Part shown: positions 18,277 through 25,382 of the stretch, one piece after another | How positions within the stretch are numbered: the first letter of the stretch is position 1 | How the letters are laid out: every line of letters starts with the position of its first letter | Source: an uncultured Bacteroidaceae bacterium | Lineage (GTDB): Bacteria > Bacteroidota > Bacteroidia > Bacteroidales > Bacteroidaceae | DNA length: 64,000 bases | Direction of reading: 5' to 3' | Assembly (NCBI GenBank): GCA_905236985.1 | Contig: CAJORF010000140.1 | Coordinates: 5,973 to 69,972 of the forward strand | Program-made: the position numbers and the translations under genes | The notes under the pieces: model-generated | What the model was told of the DNA's origin: nothing | Databases searched by the model: none | What the model saw: the letters and a program-made list of their open reading frames with translations, nothing else

Positions 18277-18420
18277 TTCGAGGAGCGATTGAGCAAATAA
18301 AAGATAAATGTTTCCCACCGATGCGGGCTCTATATTTAATCAAAAACCGTGCTATCTATCGAAAGCACGGGGCAAATGTAGGGATTAGTTGTGACTTGAC
18401 AAAGGAAAAGGGTGAAAAAA

Positions 18421-18453
18421 TGACACCTGACACCTGTTTCAAACAAAATTTTG
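18421..18453 (+). repeat. Intergenic repeat copy 1 (TGACACC-TGACACC heptad doublet plus TTTCAAACAAAATTTTG)
   Basis: Sequence tgacacctgacacctgtttcaaacaaaattttg. It belongs to a six-copy family in this window. Confidence 0.85.
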
Positions 18454-18508
18454 CAGGCTTGAGGGTAAAAAATCTGCACTTCTTTGAGTCGTTTTCAAAA
18501 ACTATTCT

Positions 18509-18516
18509 TACCTTTG
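18509..18516 (+). promoter_or_regulatory. Bacteroidota -7 promoter box TACCTTTG
   Basis: It matches the TAnnTTTG consensus 38 nt upstream of the ATG at 18554. A TTTG lies about 25 nt further upstream. Confidence 0.6.
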
Positions 18517-18553
18517 CGCCGACATAACCACAAAACAAATAAACATCCTCATT

Positions 18554-20596
18554 ATGAAATTTTTCAAGAAACTGCCGCTGCTCGTTGCAGCATTGAGCAT
18601 GATGTGCATATCATGCAGTAAGGATTTTCAGGGCGACATCGACGACCTGAACGACAAGTACAGCCAGATGGACCAGCGCGTCAAGAGCCTCGAGACACAG
18701 GCTGCCTCCATGAACTCACAGCTCTCACAACTCTCCGTGCTCGCGACAGCCGTGGAGAGCGGTTTCTACGTAACCGAAGTGCGCACCAGCACCGACGGCT
18801 ATGAGCTCACGCTGAGCAACGGGCACAAGTTCATCCTCCAGAACGGACCCGACAATACCATCGCCCAGGCACCCAATATCAGCATGACTGTCATAGGAGG
18901 CGTACACTACTGGACCATCAACGGTATGCTCGTCACCGACGCTTCCGGCAAGCCAGTACCCGCCACCAGCCACACGCCGATTGTGCGTTGGAACGACGTC
19001 AACAACCAATGGACGATCTCCGTTGACGGCGGCATGACCTTCATCACCCTCAACCTCTTCTCTTCCATTGTCATCAACGACGAGGCACTCCTTCAGGTCA
19101 TCAACAACTTCATCAGCCAGAACAGCACCACCATCATCAACCAGGAGGTGCTCTTCCAGATCATCTCCACCTACATCCAGCAGAACTACTCCAAGCTCTT
19201 CAACATCGACGTGATGCGCCAGGTCATCATCAACTATCTCGACCTCCACTACACCACCATCTTCAACTACGAACTCCTGCAGCAGATCTTCACCCAGTAT
19301 AACTTCGAGTATGCCTACCAGCACATCGATGCTGACATCATCACCAACATACTCATCAACTTCATCACCGAGCACAAGGAGATCTTCATCAACAACGACG
19401 TGCTCTATGAGATCATTTCCAACTACATCGAAGTCAACAAGATCGACATCTTCAACAACACGATCATCGCTGAGGTCATCAACAACTACATTGAGCAGAA
19501 CACCAACTTCATCAACATCGACCTCATCCGTCAGGTTGTCAACAACTACATCGACGAGCACCAGGACATCATCTTCAACAACGACGTCTTCATCGAGATC
19601 CTCAAGACGTATGTCCAGAACAACTACACAGTCATCTTCTCGCAGGACATCCTCCATCAGGTCATCAACCTCTACGTCACGCAGAACCGCACCACCATCT
19701 TCAACGAGACGCTCATGTGGGAGATTATCAACCAGTTCGTCGAGAACAACTACAATACCATCATCAACCAGAACATCCTCCAGGAGATCATCAATAACTA
19801 CATCACCGTTAACAAGACCACCGTCATCAACGAGGACATCCTCTACGAGGTCATCCGCAACTACTTCCAGAACAACTTCAACATCATCATCGATGAGACA
19901 CTCATCCAGCAGATCATCAACAACTACATCACGCAGCACCAGACCACGCTCATCGACATTGACATTGTGCGCAACGTGGTCAACAAGTACGTGCAGCAGA
20001 ACTACCGCGTCATCTTCAACGTTGATGTCCTCAGCCAAGTCATCACCAACTACTTCGAGACCAATCAGACTGTCATCAAGCAGTACTTCAGTGATTACAC
20101 GGGCATCATCAAGAACGTCATCGTTGACAACGAGGTATGCGTCGTGGAGCTCAACAACGGACAGACTGTTCAACTGCCCGTTTACGATGCCTACGCCAAA
20201 GTGCGCGACCGTGTGCAGAGCATCGTCGTAGTGCCCAACGTCAACGGCCACCTCACCTACCACTACGGTTACGACATGATGTACCTCACCTACATCGTCA
20301 CGCCCGCCTCCATGGCCGGTATCATTGCCGACAAGTACCAAAACGGCGAGATGACCGTGGAATTCCTGGGTATCGACGAGGATGGAAATATGTCAAACTT
20401 CAACATCGGCTACGACAACATCTCGGGCGACTCCGACGGCAAGCTGCAACTGATGACACCCAAGCTCGACTCCTACAGCTACATGGGCACGCCCAAGTAC
20501 GTGTCCATCGCGCTGCGCGTTAAGGACAACGTAGCTGGCGGCACCGACTATGTCACCACCTTCACCCCCATCGACTGGGAAGAGAGCAACTGGTAA
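18554..20596 (+). CDS. Surface lipoprotein candidate: DUF4988-like coiled-coil N-domain plus about 16 tandem 21-aa Ile/Asn-rich repeats plus a C-terminal beta-rich domain
   Basis: The signal peptide and lipobox are MKFFKKLPLLVAALSMMCISC, followed by an acidic SKDFQGDIDD. The coiled coil reads DLNDKYSQMDQRVKSLETQAASMNSQLSQL, followed by GFYVTEVRTSTDGYELTLSNGHKFILQNG. The repeat array spans roughly nt 19064-20081, with consensus IFNxdxLxqVInNYIxqNyttI. Confidence 0.85.
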   Translation: MKFFKKLPLLVAALSMMCISCSKDFQGDIDDLNDKYSQMDQRVKSLETQAASMNSQLSQLSVLATAVESGFYVTEVRTSTDGYELTLSNGHKFILQNGPDNTIAQAPNISMTVIGGVHYWTINGMLVTDASGKPVPATSHTPIVRWNDVNNQWTISVDGGMTFITLNLFSSIVINDEALLQVINNFISQNSTTIINQEVLFQIISTYIQQNYSKLFNIDVMRQVIINYLDLHYTTIFNYELLQQIFTQYNFEYAYQHIDADIITNILINFITEHKEIFINNDVLYEIISNYIEVNKIDIFNNTIIAEVINNYIEQNTNFINIDLIRQVVNNYIDEHQDIIFNNDVFIEILKTYVQNNYTVIFSQDILHQVINLYVTQNRTTIFNETLMWEIINQFVENNYNTIINQNILQEIINNYITVNKTTVINEDILYEVIRNYFQNNFNIIIDETLIQQIINNYITQHQTTLIDIDIVRNVVNKYVQQNYRVIFNVDVLSQVITNYFETNQTVIKQYFSDYTGIIKNVIVDNEVCVVELNNGQTVQLPVYDAYAKVRDRVQSIVVVPNVNGHLTYHYGYDMMYLTYIVTPASMAGIIADKYQNGEMTVEFLGIDEDGNMSNFNIGYDNISGDSDGKLQLMTPKLDSYSYMGTPKYVSIALRVKDNVAGGTDYVTTFTPIDWEESNW

Positions 20597-20650
20597 GCCC
20601 AACGCCACTCAGCACTACACATCTATATATCATATATCATACGCACTACA

Positions 20651-23341
20651 ATGAGAAAACTACATCATATACTCATCGTGCTGACGGCGTCTGTCATCTC
20701 ATCCGCGCTGCTCAATTCATGCGGCAAGGATTTCCAGGATGACATTGACAAGCTTAACCAACAGCACCAAAGCATTGAGCAGCGCGTGAACACCCTCGAG
20801 ACCAAGGCCACGACGCTCAATACACAGCTTGAGCAACTCGCCAAGCTCTCCACAGCCGTAGAAAACGGATTTTACATCACCTCCGTAGCCACCACAGCCG
20901 AAGGCTATGAGCTCACACTCAGCAACGGACGTAAGATCTCCCTCTACAACGGCACCGGCAACACCCTCACCAGCACACCCCTCATCAGCATGACGCAGGT
21001 CAGCGGACTCTACTACTGGTCGCTCAACGGGATGCTGCTCACCGATGCTTCAGGCAACCCCATTCGCACCACCACCGTCACACCCGTCGTGCGCTACGAC
21101 TACGAGAACCTGAAGTGGATCGTCTCCCTCGACGGCGGCACCACCTTCCAGGATGTCAACGCCCTCGTGTCCGTGGTCATCAACGACACCGTGCTCCTCG
21201 AAATCATCAACAACTACGTCCGTGAGAACCGCACCACGCTCTTCAACCAGCAGATGCTCTACCAGATCATCTCCACATACATCCAGCGCAACTACACAGA
21301 GCTGTTCAACGTGGAGTTGCTCGACCAGGTTGTGGCCACCTATATCCGCGAGCACTACGCACGTCTGTTCAACTACGAACTGCTTGAGAAGATCTTCACC
21401 CAGTACGACTTCGAGTACTACACCAGCCAGATTGATGTCACACGACTCTCCAACCTCATCATCACCTTCATGCAGGAGCACCAGGAAATCTTCACCGACA
21501 ACGAAGTGCTCTTTGAGATCGTCTCCAACTACATTGAGGTCAACAAGACAACCATCTTCACCACCGAGATGCTCCTGGAAGTCATCAACAACTTCATCGA
21601 CAACCACTCCGACTACATCAACAAGGAGCTCCTCACACAGGTCATCGGCAACTACATCGACCAGAACCGTGAGGTCGTCTTCAACACGGAGGTCGTCCGA
21701 CAAATGATGGCCGAGTACGTCCGACGCTACTACACCCAGATCTTCAGCCAGGATATCCTCGTGCAAATGCTCAACTACTACGTCTCCCGGGACCACAACA
21801 CCATCTTCAACGAGACGCTCATACGCGACATCATCAACGAGTACGTCGTCAACAACCACACAAGCATCTTCAGCGAAGACATCCTTCGGCTCATCGTGCG
21901 CACATACATCGAGGAGAACGGCTCAACCATCATCAACCGTGACGTGCTCGTGGAAGTCATCGCCAACTACTTCCAGCGCAACTACGACCTCTTCATCGAC
22001 CGCACCGTCATCGAGCGCACCATCAACGACTATGTTGAGCGCCACCACGACACCCTCATCAGCACCGACATCATCGAATCTGTCATCAACCGCTTCCTGC
22101 AGGAGTACTACACCGAGGTCTTCGACAAGGACCTGATCACGAAGATTGTCAACAACTACTTCGAAGTCAACAGGCAAACGCTCTACGAGATCATCAAGAA
22201 GAACGCTGACCCCATCCGCGAGGTCAACATCAACGAGGACATCTGCACCATCATCCTGCGCGACGGTCAGGCCATACAGTTGCCCATCTACGATGCCCAC
22301 GCCAGGCTGCGTGACCGCGTTCAGAGCCTCGTCATCATGCCCAATGCCAGCGGACGGCTTACCGTCGTCGTTGACGAGGACAATCCCGAAGGCGAGCTCA
22401 CTTTGAACTATCTGGTGGCACCAACATTCATGGCCGAGGTCATTGCCAACAAGAGTTATAACAACGAAATATCCCTGAGCCTCCTGCTCGTGGACAAAGA
22501 GGGCAACATCAGCAACATCGACGTCTCCGAAGTATCGGCAGATGCGTCAGGTGTGCTCACGCTCAAGACCCACCTCCCCGTAGCTGACTACCTCAATTAT
22601 CATTCATGGGACTCAGACATCAACTATGATGACCTGAAGTGGACTATTGCCCTGCACGTACAGGAGAACAAGATCGGTGCCACCGACATCATGACCGAGT
22701 TTACGCCTGTGAACGTCTCCGAGTTCGACGAGCGCATCACACAGGAGATTCCCGAGGAATACCTCAGAAGGATGAGACCCTACATGCCCATCTATTCCGG
22801 CAACAGGCCACCGAGCCTCGAAGGGACCTACTGTATGCATATCACAACATTAGTATATGACTCCACGCCCAATGGATTCCAGCCAGGAAGACAATTCCTC
22901 GACTACATCGCAGATTTCACTCATCAAGACATGAAGAAAAACGTCGTTCTCTTCAGACAGGAAGAACGTAACAGCGCTGGAGTATATACGACATCTGAAT
23001 GGACTGAAGCCAAAGTTCTCGGGAGAAACGACAATTTCACGATATTCATTATTGTCAATACAGTAGAAAGTGACGGAGTAACAACAGCAAAACTGGCAAC
23101 ACTGCTTTCCGGAACGATGAGTTCGGGCGGAATCAACAACTTCTATCAAGGCTTCGTCCTGCTGGATAAGCACGACCCTAACAACAAAGTGATGCCTGTT
23201 GGAGAATTCCGCATCTTTAACGACGCAGATGGATGGAGTGAATCGACAACATGGCTAGTACGTCAAATGGTGTCTGACGCCATGGAGGTGAAAGGAATGC
23301 CCTCCTTCGATCTGCCGTGGGCTACTGCTGCCAAGCGCTGA
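20651..23341 (+). CDS. Paralogous lipoprotein with the same N-domain and 21-aa repeat array (about nt 21170-22200) plus an extra C-terminal domain of about 210 aa
   Basis: The lipobox is LLNSC followed by GKDFQDDIDK. It is collinear with the upstream paralog through the repeat array and the downstream VQLPIYDAHARLRDRVQS segment. The unique C-terminal extension begins at EFDERITQEIPEEYL. Confidence 0.85.
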   Translation: MRKLHHILIVLTASVISSALLNSCGKDFQDDIDKLNQQHQSIEQRVNTLETKATTLNTQLEQLAKLSTAVENGFYITSVATTAEGYELTLSNGRKISLYNGTGNTLTSTPLISMTQVSGLYYWSLNGMLLTDASGNPIRTTTVTPVVRYDYENLKWIVSLDGGTTFQDVNALVSVVINDTVLLEIINNYVRENRTTLFNQQMLYQIISTYIQRNYTELFNVELLDQVVATYIREHYARLFNYELLEKIFTQYDFEYYTSQIDVTRLSNLIITFMQEHQEIFTDNEVLFEIVSNYIEVNKTTIFTTEMLLEVINNFIDNHSDYINKELLTQVIGNYIDQNREVVFNTEVVRQMMAEYVRRYYTQIFSQDILVQMLNYYVSRDHNTIFNETLIRDIINEYVVNNHTSIFSEDILRLIVRTYIEENGSTIINRDVLVEVIANYFQRNYDLFIDRTVIERTINDYVERHHDTLISTDIIESVINRFLQEYYTEVFDKDLITKIVNNYFEVNRQTLYEIIKKNADPIREVNINEDICTIILRDGQAIQLPIYDAHARLRDRVQSLVIMPNASGRLTVVVDEDNPEGELTLNYLVAPTFMAEVIANKSYNNEISLSLLLVDKEGNISNIDVSEVSADASGVLTLKTHLPVADYLNYHSWDSDINYDDLKWTIALHVQENKIGATDIMTEFTPVNVSEFDERITQEIPEEYLRRMRPYMPIYSGNRPPSLEGTYCMHITTLVYDSTPNGFQPGRQFLDYIADFTHQDMKKNVVLFRQEERNSAGVYTTSEWTEAKVLGRNDNFTIFIIVNTVESDGVTTAKLATLLSGTMSSGGINNFYQGFVLLDKHDPNNKVMPVGEFRIFNDADGWSESTTWLVRQMVSDAMEVKGMPSFDLPWATAAKR

Positions 23342-23369
23342 ATTGTGAGACGCCAGCATACTTCAAAGA

Positions 23370-23406
23370 GTATTGGGCTGCCCAACCGGCAGCCCAATAC
23401 TTTTTT
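23370..23406 (+). terminator. Rho-independent terminator
   Basis: A 13-bp perfect stem gtattgggctgcc / ggcagcccaatac has the loop caacc and is followed by tttttt. It lies 29 nt after the stop at 23341. Confidence 0.85.
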
Positions 23407-23408
23407 CA

Positions 23409-23437
23409 TGACACCTGACACCTATTTCAAACAAAAA
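23409..23437 (+). repeat. Intergenic repeat copy 2 (truncated at the palindrome by the stop codon of the convergent ATPase gene)
   Basis: Sequence tgacacctgacacctatttcaaacaaaaa. It abuts the stop at 23438-23440. Confidence 0.8.
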
Positions 23438-24610
23438 TCAATACGTCAGACCAAAGGCCCATAGAGGAATAATGTTTCCTGAGCCATATTCTATGTCATC
23501 CTTAACCACATAACCCTCCTTGGCCTCCGAGACTTGCTTCTTTCCCTTCTTCCTGCCTCCAACTTCAAACGTCTTTCCATCTATCTCAAAATCGCTGATT
23601 CGAGAACTGATAACCTCTGTCGTTACTCTCATCTGGTTATAGAAGAATGTCTCACGGATGTTGCCAATGTCTGTCGAGTTAGTGCCCAAAAGGTAGGCCA
23701 TGGTAGTATTGTCAAGATACACTTTCTCCACTTTCCCTACTCCACGGATGCCTCCTGTATCATCGCGCAACTGGCTAATCATACCCGCCTGTTCCATATA
23801 AAGGAAATAGTCGGGCAAAACGTTGCGACTGACGCCGATAACCGAGGCCAACGAATCCATGACAGGCTTAAAGGGAACACTTTTTGCAATGACAGACAAT
23901 AGTTTTTTCAGTTTCCTACCCGTAGAGGCATTCATATTGGCATATTGTGGAATATCCACTTCCATGGTCTGGTTCACGATCTGACGCAGCCGAATGTCGA
24001 AATCGCTCTCGTCCGAGAACGGATAATACCCCTTTCGCAAGTATTCCTTGAAGAATGGCAGCGGATGGCTGATGTCATCGATACGTGCCTTATGATCTAT
24101 AATCTCTTCGAACGTATAGACTGGAACGTCTGTATGATGGAAAAGCATGAGATATTCCCTGAACGACAAACCCTGCATCATAAAGATGAGAGCACGTCGG
24201 CTCAAGTCTGCCTGGCCTTTGTAGATATCAAGCACCGACGATCCTGTAAAGCCCACTTTCAGCTCTGGATGCGAATCATAGATCTGTTTCAGTTCACTTG
24301 ACCAGTTTTCGTACTTGTGTATTTCGTCAATGAACATCTGCTCACCGCCTTCCTTAACAAATTCATCCACGACAGCAACCAACGTGTGAGAGGAAAAGTA
24401 GAGATGATCGGCACTTACGTAGAACATCTTTCGGGATGCCCTGTTCTCTTTAATGTACTGAAGAACAATTGTTGACTTGCCCACACCACGAGGGCCTACA
24501 AGTCCGAACATACGAGATTCCCAACTTATCTTTTCGAACATATAACGATGAAAGACTGAAGTCGTCTGCCTCAATTGGCTCTCCATAAACTCTACCAATG
24601 ACGTATCCAT
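23438..24610 (-). CDS. AAA-family ATPase (AAA_14 plus DUF4143-type ATP-binding protein)
   Basis: The likely start is MDTSLVEFMESQL at 24610, because a -7 box lies inside the longer ORF that starts at 24649. Walker A is GPRGVGKST and the Walker B-like motif is MFIDEIH. Overall length and layout are typical of this widespread family. Confidence 0.8.
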   Translation of the reverse strand: MDTSLVEFMESQLRQTTSVFHRYMFEKISWESRMFGLVGPRGVGKSTIVLQYIKENRASRKMFYVSADHLYFSSHTLVAVVDEFVKEGGEQMFIDEIHKYENWSSELKQIYDSHPELKVGFTGSSVLDIYKGQADLSRRALIFMMQGLSFREYLMLFHHTDVPVYTFEEIIDHKARIDDISHPLPFFKEYLRKGYYPFSDESDFDIRLRQIVNQTMEVDIPQYANMNASTGRKLKKLLSVIAKSVPFKPVMDSLASVIGVSRNVLPDYFLYMEQAGMISQLRDDTGGIRGVGKVEKVYLDNTTMAYLLGTNSTDIGNIRETFFYNQMRVTTEVISSRISDFEIDGKTFEVGGRKKGKKQVSEAKEGYVVKDDIEYGSGNIIPLWAFGLTY

Positions 24611-24636
24611 AAATGCTATTCTTTTGAAATTCGCCG

Positions 24637-24644
24637 CAAAATTA
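24637..24644 (-). promoter_or_regulatory. Bacteroidota -7 promoter box TAATTTTG for the AAA ATPase gene
   Basis: The reverse complement of caaaatta is TAATTTTG, 27 nt upstream of the start at 24610. Confidence 0.55.
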
Positions 24645-24651
24645 ATCAAAT

Positions 24652-24701
24652 TGCACTAAAACAGTGCAGATTTTCAATAAAAAATGCACTATAAGAGTGC
24701 A
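24652..24701 (-). promoter_or_regulatory. Two 17-bp palindromic operator-like sites TGCACT-N5-AGTGCA, centres 33 bp apart, overlapping the -33 region of the ATPase promoter
   Basis: The sites are tgcactaaaacagtgca (24652-24668) and tgcactataagagtgca (24685-24701). Both have perfect 6+6 half-sites. Confidence 0.6.
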
Positions 24702-24730
24702 AATTTCTTGATTAGATACATTCTCACGCC

Positions 24731-24770
24731 TGACACCTGACATCGATTTCAAACAAAATTTTGTTTTTTG
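24731..24770 (+). repeat. Intergenic repeat copy 3
   Basis: Sequence tgacacctgacatcgatttcaaacaaaattttgttttttg. It contains the perfect AT palindrome aaacaaaattttgttt at 24751-24766. Confidence 0.85.
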
Positions 24771-24876
24771 AGACCAGATGTGCGTTTGGGCAATGGATAG
24801 GAATGGCTGAGACAGGGTGATCATGTTAGACGGTCTCACTAATAGAGAGCCTTCCCATGACCTAAGCGGAGGTCGC

Positions 24877-25275
24877 TTATTTCTTGCCTTTCTTGTTGTA
24901 GTGGTCGATACCTCGGCGGACGTTTTCGATGACAGCTTCTGAAGTGAAGGTAGCACCCGTGATGACATCGACTTCCTGAGTGGCGGCTTTCTTGACGGAG
25001 AGGCCGTTCCATTTGTTGAGGAGGTCGCGCTTGATGAGGGCGAAGTACTTCGGTGTTTCGAGGTTCTTGAGCGCTTCAATCTTTTCAATCACACCTTTTC
25101 TGATGTAGATCTTCAGAGGTGTGGGTCCGGCATAACCCTCGACATCTGCTGCCAGAGTGGTTGTGTTGATGATGGTCGTGTCCTTGATTTGTGTGATAGG
25201 GGTGTTATCCTGTGCAGAGAGAGACAGGGAAGAAAGTGATAATAAAGAGAATAGGATGAATTGTTTTGCTTTCAT
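24877..25275 (-). CDS. Small secreted FMN-binding domain protein
   Basis: The signal peptide is MKAKQFILFSLLSLSSLSLSAQ. DVITGATFTSEAV matches the FMN_bind flavinylation-type motif (S/T)GA(S/T). Length is 132 aa. Confidence 0.75.
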   Translation of the reverse strand: MKAKQFILFSLLSLSSLSLSAQDNTPITQIKDTTIINTTTLAADVEGYAGPTPLKIYIRKGVIEKIEALKNLETPKYFALIKRDLLNKWNGLSVKKAATQEVDVITGATFTSEAVIENVRRGIDHYNKKGKK

Positions 25276-25335
25276 AATGACTTTAAATAATACGTTTCCC
25301 TTCTATGACACATCAAACAGGAAAAGGTTTATTCC

Positions 25336-25376
25336 TGACACCTGACACCTATTTCAAACAAAATTTTGTTTTTTTG
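25336..25376 (+). repeat. Intergenic repeat copy 4
   Basis: Sequence tgacacctgacacctatttcaaacaaaattttgtttttttg, with the palindrome at 25356-25371. It lies 7 nt from the P-type ATPase stop codon. Confidence 0.85.
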
Positions 25377-25382
25377 TAAAGG

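Noticed and set aside
18273-18527. An 84-aa ORF in the mini-HlyD/lipoprotein spacer. Similar ORFs at 60608-60814 and 61035-61298 both begin MKSMSVV.
   Set aside because: They start inside or run through copies of the intergenic repeat and across a promoter box. The shared N-terminus is just the translated repeat. They show no coding-like composition.
18725-20341. A 538-aa antisense ORF (Asp/Val/Glu-rich), plus a 306-aa sense alternative-frame ORF at 19311-20231
   Set aside because: These are shadow ORFs created by the extreme C-ending codon bias of the repeat lipoprotein gene. Their compositions are implausible and lack signal or start context. The lipoprotein frame has a signal peptide, a lipobox and a paralog.
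21050-22406. Several 60-270-aa ORFs on both strands inside the second repeat lipoprotein gene
   Set aside because: They have the same shadow-ORF explanation as in the first paralog.
24642-25088. A 148-aa Ser/Thr/Pro/Lys-rich ORF overlapping the FMN-binding gene in another frame
   Set aside because: It has low complexity and overlaps a gene with a clear signal peptide and domain motif. It also runs through the operator and promoter region.
23409-25376. Integron-like cassette array, with a repeat after each of three consecutive genes
   Set aside because: There is no integron integrase, no attI, and no attC-type R''/L''-L'/R' architecture. One of the genes is a large housekeeping-type P-type ATPase. 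The repeats are kept only as an unexplained repeat family.
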